The position numbers and the translations under genes were made by a program. From the NCBI GenBank assembly GCA_001179505.1, contig CDMY01000341.1, positions 48,925-112,924 on the forward strand: a stretch of 64,000 nucleotides of DNA, written 5' to 3'. Within the stretch, counting starts at the first letter, position 1, and every line of letters begins with the position of its first letter. Below the pieces are notes generated by a model. That model was not told where the DNA came from, searched no databases, and was given only the letters and a program-made list of their open reading frames with translations. Positions 1 through 12,585 of the stretch are shown here, in pieces. Origin of the DNA: Vitrella brassicaformis CCMP3155. Taxonomy: Eukaryota; Protista; Chromerida.

Positions 1-1495
1 TGGACCAAGTAGTGATGGTGACGCGCCTTCGCCTGTCGTTGGCGGCAACGATGCCGCTGGCAGCCCGACTGACAATACATGTAGAGGAACCGCCGCTGTC
101 TTTGAGGTATGACGAGCATCTTCATCCATGAAAACACACGCAAACTGCACAGATGCCTCAAGCTTTGTTTCCTCACTTTCTTATCCATCGGATTCCTGCA
201 GGCCATTCGGATGCAAGGGTGGTCCGCCATTGCTTTGGTAAGCATCCATCGACAGACAAAGGCATCACTCGCCCTACACAGTGTCGTTTCCCTTCCGCCC
301 TGTGTGCAGCCTCGAGAGCTTCACGTTGGCGTCTTTGCGTTCGTCAATCCCGTGTGGTGCCTAAAGCCGCCCCTGCCCTCCCCACTCAGCGGGGCAGTCC
401 TTCAATACCACACCGAGCTTGTCATCGACTGCCGCAGCACACAAGAGAGAACCTTCTGGCAGCGGATGACGTCGCAGACGGCGTACGAGCTCGGCAAACA
501 GATGATCAACCTCAAGTGTCTCATCCATCGCTACCCACGAACACCTGATGGAGCGGAGGGCCTTCCTGCTGGCGGCAACTATTTCTCACCTCGATGGTGC
601 CGTGGGACCGTGATCGGGCTAGTGGAGGGGCATGTGCAGGGACGGCGAGCGGCGCGCGTGAAGGAGGGGCCGGGGACCACGATGGCAGAGGGATCGCTCA
701 AGTCGTTGACCTTCGAGTCCGTGGTGATTCCACACAGCGGACGACACGAGATGAACCAGCTGAACATCACCAACTCTGAGCCTTTTCAAGTTGCTGTCGC
801 CCCATCCCACCCCATCAACCTCCCGGCCCTCACTGAGGTCAACGGCGTCACCCACCCGGTGAGACTCATCGATGGGCGGGGATGGACAACACCGGCTGTC
901 GAGCGTGTCTCTGCACCTCATACGCCCGCTGAGGTTTTGGACATCCGGCCGTTCGTCGCCACGACGAGGTCCCTCGCCGAGCTGTGGTCGGCGTCTTCGA
1001 TGATGCCCTTTCATCTGGCTGAGCTGCTGGAGTCCGTCCCTGTGGGACAGCGGGGGCAGCCGGGGCCTCTCGTGAACCTTCGGGTGATACCTACCATCAA
1101 GCTCTACGGCATCGAGTCAACCGATGCCTGCAGGGACGGCCTCCAAGACCTGCAGGCAAGAACGGAAGATTGGGCACAGAAAGCGTGCGAAAGAAAGGCA
1201 TCGGCGTTGTCTCACCTCGATTGTGCTCTGGTTTCAGAAGTGTTTGGTGCATCGAGGCTGCTCGAAGGCCTTCGACTTTCTGCGCATAGAGGTGCATCGC
1301 AGCGACTGCCTTGACCTGCTGCTCAGCAACTTCGCGACATTCAAGGCCCTGGCCTCGCTCATCGACACGACCTGCTCGCCATCGGCCAAGGTCGACTGCA
1401 GCATCATCTCCCCTGACGGCGTGTTGCGAGACATCTCTCTCCCCCATCTGCTGGCCTACACACATTTCGACTTTACCAACCTGCCCAGCTGCAGC
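1..1495 (+). CDS. TLDc-family paralog copy 1, partial (5' end outside window, 3' part lost in assembly gap)
   Basis: Exons include ...AAVFE|gtatg (donor ~107), AIRMQGWSAIAL, and the conserved block HVGVFAFVNPVWCLKPPLPSPLSGAVLQYHTELVID...AYELGKQMINLKCLIHRYPR. Intron 1156-1237 is followed by KCLVHRGCSKAFD. Paralogous to copies 2-5. Confidence 0.7.
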
Positions 1496-1795
1496 NNNNN
1501 NNNNNNNNNNNNNNNNNNNNNNNNNNNNNNNNNNNNNNNNNNNNNNNNNNNNNNNNNNNNNNNNNNNNNNNNNNNNNNNNNNNNNNNNNNNNNNNNNNNN
1601 NNNNNNNNNNNNNNNNNNNNNNNNNNNNNNNNNNNNNNNNNNNNNNNNNNNNNNNNNNNNNNNNNNNNNNNNNNNNNNNNNNNNNNNNNNNNNNNNNNNN
1701 NNNNNNNNNNNNNNNNNNNNNNNNNNNNNNNNNNNNNNNNNNNNNNNNNNNNNNNNNNNNNNNNNNNNNNNNNNNNNNNNNNNNNNNNNNNNNNN
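1496..1795. other. Assembly gap (300 N)
   Basis: Run of N in the sequence. Confidence 1.
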
Positions 1796-4700
1796 GATAT
1801 CGATATCGCTGGTGGACCAAGTAGTGATGGTGACGCGCCTTCGCCTGTCGTTGGCGGCAACGATGCCGCTGGCAGCCCGACTGACAATACATGTAGAGGA
1901 ACCGCCGCTGTCTTTGAGGTATGACGAGCATCATCCATGAAAACACATGCAAACTGCACAGATGCCTCAAGCGTTGTTTCCTCACTTTCTTATCCATTGG
2001 ATTCCTGCAGGCCATTCGGATGCAGGGATGGTCCGGGATTGCCATGGTAAGCATCCATCGACAGACAAAGGCATGACTGACTCGACGACGGAGGGCGTTG
2101 CGTCCCTTGTTTGCCATCTGTGTGTGTGCAGCCTCGAGAGCTTCACGTCGGCGTCTTTGCGTTTGTCAATCCCGTGTGGTGTCTCAAGCCGCCCCTGCCC
2201 TCCCCACTCAGCGGTGCCGTCCTGCAGCACTACACCGAGCTCGTCATTGACTGCAGCGACACACGGCAGAGAACATTCTGGCAGCAAATGACCCTGCAGA
2301 CGGCATATGAACTCGGCAAACAGATGATCAACCTCAAGTGTCTCATCCATCGCTATCCACGGACACCTGCCGGGGCAGCTGGTAACTTCTATATTGCGTC
2401 TCGATGGTGCCGTGGGACCGTGATCGGGCTAGTGGAGGGTCATACGGCGGGACGACGGGCGGCGAGAGAGAAGGAGGGGCCGGGGACCACGATGGCCGAC
2501 GGATAGCTCAAGTCATTGACCTTCGAGTCCGTGGTGCTTCGGCGCAGCGGACGACACGAGATGGACCAGTTGGGCGCCATCAACTCTGCCCCTTCTGCTG
2601 CCGCCCCATCCCATGCCATCAACCTCCCAGTCCTCACTGATGTCAACGGCGTCACTTGTGGCCACTCTGTCATCGATGGGCGGGGATGGGCAACGCCAGC
2701 TGTCGAGCGTGTCTCTGTACCAAATACGGTGACCGAGATCGCGGACATCCGTCCGTTTGTCGCCACGACGAGATCCCTCGCCAAGCTGAGGGCGGCGCTG
2801 CGATGATGCCCTTTCATCTGGCTGAGCTGCTGGAGTCCGTCCCTGTGGGGCAGCGAGGGAGTCCAGGGCCCTTTGCGAAGCTTCGAGTGATTCCTGCCAT
2901 CAAGCTGTACGGCATCGAGTCGACCGATGCCTGTAGAGACGGCCTCCAGGATTTACAGGCAAGATCGGAAGATTGGGCACAGAAAGCAGGCGAGAAAGGC
3001 ATTGACATGTTCTCGTCTCGATTGTGCTCTGGTTCTCTGGTTTCAGAAGTGTTTGGTGCATAGAGGCTGTTCGAAGGCGTTCGACTCCCTGCGCATAGAG
3101 GTGCATCGCAGCGACTGCCTTGGCCTGCTACTCAGCAACTTCGCGACATTCAAGGCCCTCGCCTCGCTCATCGACACGACCTGCTCGCCATCAGCCAAGG
3201 TCGACTGCTGCATCATCTCCCCTGCCGGCGTGTGGCGAGACATCTCCCTCTCCCTCCTGCTGGCCTACACCCGGTTCGACTTCACCAAGCTGCCCACGTG
3301 CAGCCTCCCACTCGTCAATGCGCTCTTGACTGCGTACAACGTGCGCCTCGACAGCTCACACAGCCACATCGACTGCCCAAAATTCGGGACCAGTGGCCCA
3401 GGACTGAGAGGCGCATGCCACTACGTCTGGAGGGTCACGCAAGACCAGCTGGATGGAGCAACCAGCGACATCGGCAGGGAGAGGATGAATGAGCTCGTCT
3501 TCGAGTCCGGTTGGTACCGGGATGAGGGCTGCAGCATATCCATAGAGTGTGCGGAGGGTTTCGCCCCTGCCGCTGATGCCGTGCCACCTGAGCCTCCCGA
3601 GCTCAAAGCCCTCAACAGGACAAGAGTGGAGCGGGTGAAGACTCTGATCGTCAACCATCGCATCGGGCTGGGGTTGGCCAAGGCGATCCTGAGCAAGGGC
3701 CCGCATCTCACCGAGCTGCAGCTGACCGACATGGCGCCGACGGACGTGCCAGACCTGCTCTCACTCAGGGTGCCGAAGCAGCTCCTGCTCCACTCTTTGT
3801 GGGCAGAGGGTGATCGGCCGCTGGGTGTCGTGCCCTTTGACGTGCGATTCCAGCAGCTCAGGGGACTGACGGCCGGGGGTGGCGTCGCCCTGCAGCTTGC
3901 GGCCGCCCTGAGGCGCCACGTCCCATCGCTGGATGTGCTCGCCGTGGCCGGCAGCGAGATAGACGCGCTCCAGGTGCTCGTGGTAGGGGGCGTAGGGGCC
4001 GTCGCCCAGCTGTCTTTGGGATTCGTGCATGAGGGCCGCCACGAGTTCATCAGGGCTGCCGACGAGAGGGAGGGCATCACGCTCGGCGATCACAGGGACC
4101 AACTGCCCCACATCGACAGCCTTGTCATGTACCTAGACGGTAAGTGGCGAAGAGATGGGGATACATTCACTCGCTGTATCTTTGTATGATGTCTCATGGT
4201 TTTCAGTGCCTTCTGCTGATGTTGCCGACCCGGGCGCCTTCATTCTGTCGAGCGTCTGGTCGGTCCTCGAGATCGAGTCCATCTCACGGCTGAAAGTCGT
4301 CCTGCCCCAGCACTCCCATGTGGATGAGCTCAAGGCAGCAATTGTCCGGCGATTTGGGCCTGGGCGGATGGTGCACGGGCAGGTCCATCGAGAGTATGGG
4401 TACCTGGGTCTTTACCTCACAGCCAATGACATCGCAACTGTAAGGCCGGGGAGAGAAATGAGCTTAGAATTACACGGCGAATGCACCGCCTGTGTCGCTT
4501 TCCAATCTGTCCATTAGATGCGCAGAGCGGCGTTTGCCCACTCGTCGACGGCCGACCGGCTCGAGGCACTGATGCGCATAGAACGCCCGCATCAGAGGCT
4601 CGCGATGATCACCAATCTGGCGGACACCGTGAAGCGGCTGTCGCATTGCCTGCCCTCCCTCCCCCCCGATGTCTCAGCCGAGGCACTCGCCAGTGACTTC

Positions 4701-5516
4701 GCCGGCCGCGTGCGTGCTGCTGCGCCCATGACTGTGGTCGACCCCCCGTATGCGCCTCGGCGGCTGAAGGCGCCACTCATGGCGGCGATGGAGAGACACG
4801 GCCTGGCGATGGAGCCCATGATGCGGCTGCATGACGAGCATGGCGATGGGTCGTGCATCCCCAGTCCCTCTGTGATCGCATCCGCCGCTCAGCTGATGGC
4901 CGTACTGCAGAAGACGGACAAACAAATCACAGCCATCGAACTGCTCTACAAGTAAGAGAAAATGAATGCGAAGAAAACAGTATAGACTGAGTTGTCTCGA
5001 TGTCTCCTTATGTGGTTGCAGAGCGACTGAGCACGGCTTTGCATACACCGACATGCTTAGCCGTGTGGGCCGTGCGAGCCCCCTGCTGTTCCTTGCTCGC
5101 GCAAATGGAGACATGCACGGCTTTTTCATCGACACCAGCCTGCAGCCGGCCACAGCACTGCACATGGAGACCCCCAACGGCCCGCGGGCCTTAAATCATT
5201 ATGAGGCGGCCTGTCTCATCTTCAAGGCATCCACAGCCGCTCCGCCGACCTTCCAGTCGCCTCAGTGACGCTCCAGTGCGTCTCGGTCTCGCGAGCACAC
5301 AACCAGCCGTGTGGAGTCCGAGCTAAGGTGAGGCTGGGCCCCTTGGTCGGCCGTGAGTGGCTGGGGCTGTGGGCGCCTGCTCCTCTGGAATGGGTGCAGA
5401 GTGCGGCTGATGGGCGGTGCTGGGTGCGTGTGGGATGGTAGCAAACAGTGGTGATGGGATATGAGACGCACAAGCTCGTTGCTGACGAGATAGAGGTGTT
5501 CAGACTCATGCAGTGA
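1796..5516 (+). pseudogene. TLDc-family paralog copy 2, disrupted
   Basis: Same exon series as the other copies, ending in TLDc-like RATEHGFAYTDMLSRVGRASPLLFLARANGDMHGFF...DEIEVF. Lesions: TAG at 2504-2506 (TCG in copy 1), 1-nt frameshift near 2800, frameshift near 5260, in-frame TAG at 5439-5441. Confidence 0.8.
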
Positions 5517-5835
5517 GTGAGTTGGGTGAGGGGTGAGGGGGGGCGGGATGGAGAGAAGGTCGGGATGGATGAGGGAAAGGGGCGGTAATTATGCGTTGGT
5601 CGCTTCCGGATTTGTTGGAAGAGACCGATCTAGACGGGACAGACCGTTACATGGCCTTCAAACGTTTCAGTGCTCACGTGCGTGCACATGAATGTCTCCG
5701 AGGAATATTGTATCCATTTGTTGAGAGGCCAACTACGACACTAACGCGTAAGCCCCAAAAAGCAGCAGGTTCGAAAAAGTAGCCATGCAGCAGGCCATGG
5801 TCTCCTTGCAGATGAACGATCCATCCCACGCCAAA

Positions 5836-8800
5836 TCACCCGGCCGCCCCGCCTACGGCCCCCGGAAGTGAAAATCGCAGCACCTCTACTTCATCGGCAA
5901 CCATGAAGTCCAACGAAGTTGAGGTATCAGAGGACCATATGACGTCCACCCGGCATTGCCCTGCCGCTGCCGCTGCCGCTTCCGGGTCGACTGCCCACAG
6001 TCTTAGCCCCGTCGCCCCTTGCGAAAGTCTAGTCGCCAATGTCTGTGTCTGTCCTTGCGATAGGACAGACACCGACGAGCCCACGATCAGCTTTGCGATT
6101 TGGTCCACGCCATTGGGCTCAATGTCCCTTCGCAGCACAGAGACACACTGCGGCGTCGTTGAGGGTGACTGGAAGGTGGGCAGGGAGAAGCCAGCTATCT
6201 TGAAATTGAGGCCAGCCACCTCATAGTCGTTGGAGGCGCGCGCACTTGGTAGCTGAGGGGGCGGCAGGACGCTGGCGTCGACGAAGAAGCCGTGGATGTC
6301 TCCATCGGCCCGCACGAGGAAGAGCAGGCAGCTCGCATCGCCCACACGATTGAGCATGTCAGTGTACGCAAACCCGTGCACAGTGGCCCTGTAGTCAATG
6401 AAGCACGCCAAGGAGAGGAGAACAAGAGAAGAGCATCATGGGCTGAGGTAATCGATGGTGTATTTTGGCTCTCTTACTTGTAGAGCAGCTCAATGCCTGT
6501 CATCTGTGTGCCCGTCTTCTGCAGTACGGCCATCAGCTGACTGGCGGAGGCGATCACAGAGGGGCTGGGGATGCACTGCCCATCGCCATGCAGCCGCATC
6601 ATGGGCTCCATCGCCAGGCCGTGTCTCTCCATCGCCGCCATGAGTGGTGCCTTCAGCCGTCGGGGCGCATACGGGGGGTCGACCACAGTCATGGGCGCAG
6701 CAGCACGCAGGCGGCCGGCGAAGTCGATGGCGAGCGCATCGGCTGCGATGTTGGCATCGTGTGAGGGAAGATACTGTTTGAGCATTGACGAGAGGCGCTT
6801 CACGGTAACCGCAAGATCGGCGATTATTGCAAGCCTCCGGTGGGGGGCTCCTGCTGGCAGAAGTACCTCGAGCAGGTTAGCGGCCGACGAGTGGACAAAG
6901 ACCGCCATGCGCAACTGATCAGCAGAGACACAATGAAGGAATGCAGATAGATAGTACTTTCTAAATGAGCACCACGACAAACATCATTGCGGCCTTTCCC
7001 TTACTGCTGCGATGTGTTCGCTCGTCATGAAGAGATGCAGTACTCCGTCCACTGAATGCACATTCCCCTCTATCTCGGTGCGGCCTCTGAAGCGTCTCTC
7101 AATTGCTTTGTTGAGAGCATCCAGATGGGATCGATAAAGCAGGACCACCGTCAGCGTGGAGACCGACTCAATCTCGAGGACCGACCAGATGCTCGACAGA
7201 ATGAAGGCACCGGGATCGACAACATAGGCCGATGGCACTGAGGCAGGGAGACACGGAGACACGGAGCCGTAACCTGATCAGCGAGTGGACATTTTCTTCA
7301 TTCTTTCGCTACTTACCGTCTAGTTTCATGACCAGCTTCTTGATGTGGGGCATTTGGTCCTTGTGATCGCCCAGTGTGATGCCCTCTCTCTCGTCCTCGG
7401 CCTTGATGAACTCACGGCGAGTCTCAGACACATAGCCCAGATGCAGCTGGTCGATCGTCCCACCACCTCCATTGACGAGAGCCTGGCGCGCCCCTCCTTC
7501 GCTGCCGCAGATGCTGAAGTCACGGATGGCTGACATGTGGGGACGTGTGGCTGCCGCAAAAAGTGCAACAGCGTCTCCCTTGACGAGGAGCGTCTTCACC
7601 TTCTGGAGACTCTGTCGAATACGCAGTGGAATACTGATCTCGCACCCTTCCTCCTCTTGACGCAACTGCTCGACAGTGAGCCTTTCGGGCATCCTCCACA
7701 CACAGACGCACGCCAGGAGGCTCAATACGTCCGATGAAAACATGTCCATCACCCGCAAATTCTCGAGTTGTGCACCACTTCGCAAAAGCATCTTTGCCAC
7801 CCCCATGCCGATGCGGCTCTTGACGGTCAAACTTTTCACTCGCACGAGTAAGTCAGCTCTTAGGGCTTTGAACTCGGGAGGCTCTGGTGGGAGGGCGTCA
7901 GTTGGCGGGGTCCAGCCCTCCTCGCACTCGATGGACATGCTGAATCCACTTTTCGGAGCGCACCCTCCAAGCGACAGCGTGTTCACCAAGTTCTTGTCGA
8001 TAGGCCCGTTGGATGGTCGCGCCACTTGGTTCTGCGTGACGGTCCAGACGTAGCGGTATCCGGGCCGGACACCGCCTTGATCAATACTTGTGACAGAAGG
8101 ACAATCAGGGTCCTCCGGCTGTGGCTCAATTTCCACATTTTAGAGTTTCTGCAAGATGCTGAGCAGCTGCGGACCGCAGCCGGGGACTTTGTCGAACCGG
8201 GTGTAGGAAACTAGATTGTTTAGTGGAATGTCTCGCACCTCGTCAGCACAGCGCAGAAAACGGCAACAGACCTTGCCCGATGCCGCGCACGTCGTATTGA
8301 TGAATGTGGCCAGCGCCTTGAATGTCGCAGAATCGTTGAGGATCAGCGAATGGCAGTCGCTGCGCCGCATGCTTAGGTCTAGGTAAGTGATGCACTTCGA
8401 GCAGCCACGATCCACCAAACACTTCTACAGCCAAAGCACATTCGAGGAAAGAGCGTATTTGTGCGATGACCCCTTTCCCGAGCCCCTTTCCGTGCCGTTC
8501 TTTCCTTTCTGTGCCACCTGCAGGTCCCTGAAACCGTCTCTGATCATATCGGTGGATTCGATCTCGTAGACTTTGATGCGGAGAATCACTCGAAGGTTCG
8601 CGAGAGGCCCTGGACTCCCCTGCTGGCCCGCTGGGATGGACTGCAGCAACTCAGCCAGCTGCAAGGGCATCATTTCCATATTCTGAGGCATTTCTAGCTG
8701 GACTAGGGACTGTGTTGTGGCGATGAACGCCCTGATATGCGCCATGTCGGTGGATACTGAGAACACGCGCTGCAGAGCTGGCATGGCCCATCCCCGTCCA

Positions 8801-9850
8801 TCAATCGCCGAGAGACCTAAGTGAATGCCTTTGACATGAGTGAGGGCGGGGAGGCTGATAGCTTGGGAAGGGGTGGCAGTAGGAGGTGTAATGTTGATGT
8901 TGTTCAGCTGAGTCATCTCTGGCCGTCCCGAATTCGAAAGTACCACTGCTTCGAAGACAAAAGACTGTAGAGAGCCCTCGACCGATGTGGTCGTCGGCCA
9001 TTCCTTCTCTCTCGCCAACCGCCGTCCCGCCACATGACCCTCCACCAGTGCGACGAAGATGCCGTGGCACCATCCATATGCACCGACATAGTAGCCAGAC
9101 CTCACCCCTGGTGCCCCTTCAGGTGTTCGTGGATAGCGGCGTATGAGACATCTAAGGTTGATCATCTGTTTGCCGAGCTCGTATGCCGTCTGGGGCGTCA
9201 TCGTCTCCCAGAATGTCCTCTGCCGTGTGTTGCTGCAGTCGATGACGAGCTCGGTGTGGTGCTGCAGGACTGCACCGCTTAGTGGGGATGGCAGGGGCGG
9301 CTTGAGACACCACACGGGATTGACAAACGCGTAGACGCCAACGTGAAGCTCTCGAGGCTGCACACAGGGACGGAAGGGAACAGGTCTGGTCCTGGGCCCT
9401 TTGTTTGTCGGCGAATGCTCTTACCAGAGGAAGGCCGGACCATCCCTGCAGCCGAATGGCCTGCACGCGTGTTCAGCAATTCATTTGTCAACCGGGAGAG
9501 AGAGGCAAACACAAGTGGGGAGAGGCACACAAAGTTGAGGAAACGATGACCGACGTGTGCGCGTTTTCCCATGGGCAATTGCTCATGGTTTACCTTGAAG
9601 ACGGCAGCTATCGCTTCATCACTGGCCGCAGAAGCATCGTTGCCACACATTTCGTCATGTTGGCCGGTGGCGTCACCCGTGGACTGCGGCTTTCGTGTGG
9701 AGTTGGGGAAAAGAAAGCCGAGTTGGAGGCAGCCACTCCCGCGCTTCATCTGTACGACATCGACGCCCACCGCGTCGGTCACTTTGTTAGCACGACTACA
9801 CTGCGTGTCACCGAATTGCCATCCCTCACCGGGCTCACCTTGAGAATCCC
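5836..9850 (-). pseudogene. TLDc-family paralog copy 3, one in-frame stop; 5' end approximate
   Basis: ORFs 8425-9363, 8140-8418, 7309-8136, 6474-6980 and 5836-6411 form the same exon series. TLDc-like YRATVHGFAYTDMLNRVGDASCLLFLVRADGDIHGFF...ADEVEVLRF. In-frame TAA at 8140-8142 aligns to Tyr (TAC) in copies 2, 4 and 5. Confidence 0.75.
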
Positions 9851-10100
9851 CTGACGACGAGATTTTGCGTTGGGGCCGGCTGAGGATGGAACTCTTTGCT
9901 CTTCTTGGTTTGTGCTTGCGCGGCAGCCACCCCGTCTTGCGCCCCCCCTTTTCCCTTTCCTCGTCTAAGCTCGCAAGATCAGCCCCCTCGATCAGCCCTC
10001 CGATCAGCCAAACCGCTGCGGCCAGAGAGGATGAGGCCTTCTCTGCTGCAGTGCGTCAGTGTCAGCTGCTGAAGAATGAGCAGGATCTGCCTTAATCGCG

Positions 10101-12557
10101 ATGAAACTATCTCTTCCGTTCGTCGTCGTCTTGCTCCTGATGGTATACTCGGTGCTCGGCTTGGAGAGGAAGCTCGTCAGAAGTCATCCCTCGTTCATGT
10201 CGAACCCGCCAACTCGACGGCTGTCAGGCACCCGACACGGGCGCGTGCTGCACAGACTCCCCTGCGGCAGTGGGCGTGTTCGTTCCAGATCTGTCTACTC
10301 AAGGCTGCTCACAAGGCGGCCTTCTGTACTACCAGAGCAGCAGCAGACGGGCGGGAAGGTCGTCTTCAAGATCAAGAATGCCGTCAACAAGCTGCTGCGA
10401 TCCGCTGTGGGCAGGGCGATTCGGCGGCGGAGAGCTGTATACTCTATAGCTACAGAACAGGTGCGCACAAGGAAGGGAGGAACCCATCCGACCGATTGAA
10501 CATCATCTTGTCGCTGTGTGCAGGTCGCTGAAGCCGAGGATTTATCAGACAACGCCGTTGTGCTCTCAATGGAGGCGGGAGCGAGCATTCAGAAGAAGAA
10601 GCGACCAAACTTCGCCCTTCGAAAGAGACGGAGCAGGAGGAGGAGGCGGCGGCCGCCGTCTGCAGGCAAGAGGACCGGCAAGAGCAGGGTTGACAGCGGG
10701 ACAGCAAATGCGTCAAAGATGTCCTCAAGATCACGTTCAAATGCCAAGAGGATCGACGCGCCCATCGCCAGCTACCACAAGCTGCTTTCCAGCCTCAACA
10801 AGGCGTCTGACACGCCTGTCCATCTCGACTTCCGCCTGTACCTCTGCGCGCTCAACGTATACCCGCACGGCTTTCCCGACAGGCTCTCTCAGAAGAAGAT
10901 GCGTCCGATCTTCACTGTTGGCTCAAAGGTGTTCAAGCTCCTGGGGCACTTATTTACCTTCATGAGGTGCGGCGGGTCGCCCAGCAACGGGGAGCTGGGC
11001 GAGTCGGTGGAGGAATTCCACGAACGGGTCACAGCGTCGCTGGAGGGAAGGAAAGCCGACCACACCCTCCCGCCTTCCTGCAGCAAGAAGGAGGCAATCA
11101 GATTACTCGGGGCCATCTACTGGAGCAACCTTTGCTCGGAGAGCGGAAGAGATGGATACCTCCACTTGGACAAGGCGATGCGGGCGTCGCTGACGCTGCT
11201 GGATCACGTGATCCTGGCGCCATCTGGTCGCTCAGCGCGCAAGTCGTTGCCCCGGCTGCTGCCTCTCTTGACCAACGGCTCGGTGGCCCTATCGGATTGG
11301 GAGCATCCCGGTGATGGGCAGATGCCTAACGAGGAGGTGGAGAGGATGTGGGGGTATGAGTTCACTGACAAGAGGATACTCGAGAGGGCGCGCATCGCCA
11401 CCACCACTATGTCTGAGATTGCTCAGGGAAATCTGACCAACACGGTGGGTGGACAAGGGGCAGGCATGACACGCACGCGCGGATACGCACACAAATGCAT
11501 TGTGTCTTGTTTGCAGACGGAAATCATGGACAATGAGGCAATGGAGTTCCTCGGTGATGGCGTGTTGAGCCTTCTGTCTGTGCACCTCACTCGCGACAAC
11601 ACCAGCGACACCCGCCACAGCTTGGCCCACCTCAACTTCACTGAGACGGAGCAGCAAGTGACCAACGCCGTGCTGGCCGACAAGATGCAGCGGCGGCTGG
11701 AAAGGGCCAACAGGACGCTAGCCGAAGTCGTGAGAGTGGATCGGGATGATCTCACTGCCAAGAAGCGGTGGTCTGACCTCTATGAGGCGTTTATCGGCGC
11801 CATCTTTCTCGACTCGGATATGTCGCTGGAACGGGTTCTCGATGTCATCGCCGTCGACTTCCCGCTGGCACATCACCGCAAGAAAGCCGCCCCTCCTGTC
11901 CCATTATCCCCCTCCCCCGCTTCTATCCTCTCAATCGGTCTGCCTCAGAGCATCGCCACGCCCCGATTTCACGACACCGGTGTGCCATGGCGTCACCACG
12001 TCGACCAAGAGACAAAGCTCGGGCTGGACGAGAGGGGCAGCGTTGTCGTGGCCATCAGCTCGGACGACGGAGAGATGAGGCGGTTCACTTTGCCGCATGT
12101 GGGCTACGACCTGATCGATTTGGACCTTATCCTAAGGAGGAACAAGCGAGGGGGGAGAGGGAGGAAGAGGTACCACTACATCAGCACCGTGAGGCTCATC
12201 CTCGACCCGTCCAAGGTTCCGCCGATCCACCAGGAAGACTCCCTCAAACTGCGCATGCAGAAGCTCAGCAGGGCCCTGTTGTACCTCACTGCTTCGTCGG
12301 ACAAGCACCAGCACCAGCACCATCGTCGCTTCACGATCCGCCCGGTGACCGTGAGTGAGATCCGTGGCTTCGGCGCCGTGAAAGCCTTACAAGAAGACCA
12401 TGGCCGCTATCTGCCTGAAGACGTGTGGATGCGGCGGGATGGCGTGGAGGGAAATGAGGCCGATGCCTATTACAGCGCTACAGCAGGGGTGAGGACGCGG
12501 GCGGCTGACCGCAAGAGACAGAGAGTGCTCTCCCTCGCCGAACGGGCGTTTCGGTGA
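10101..12557 (+). CDS. RNase III-family endoribonuclease with N-terminal signal peptide (exons 10101-10460, 10524-12557; about 797 aa)
   Basis: RNase III motifs WGYEFTDKRILERA, DNEAMEFLGDGVL and WSDLYEAFIGAIFLDS, with all four acidic catalytic positions present. The 63-nt GT-AG intron 10461-10523 contains an in-frame TGA and joins the exons in phase 0. N-terminus is MKLSLPFVVVLLLMVYSVLG. Confidence 0.88.
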
Positions 12558-12585
12558 GGGGTGAGGGGAGGGGGATGTGGAAGGG

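Noticed and set aside
8140-8142. In-frame stops in family copies as evidence of stop-codon reassignment or readthrough
   Set aside because: The stops fall at different positions and replace different residues (Ser, Tyr), co-occur with frameshifts, and single-copy genes end normally in TAA, TAG and TGA.
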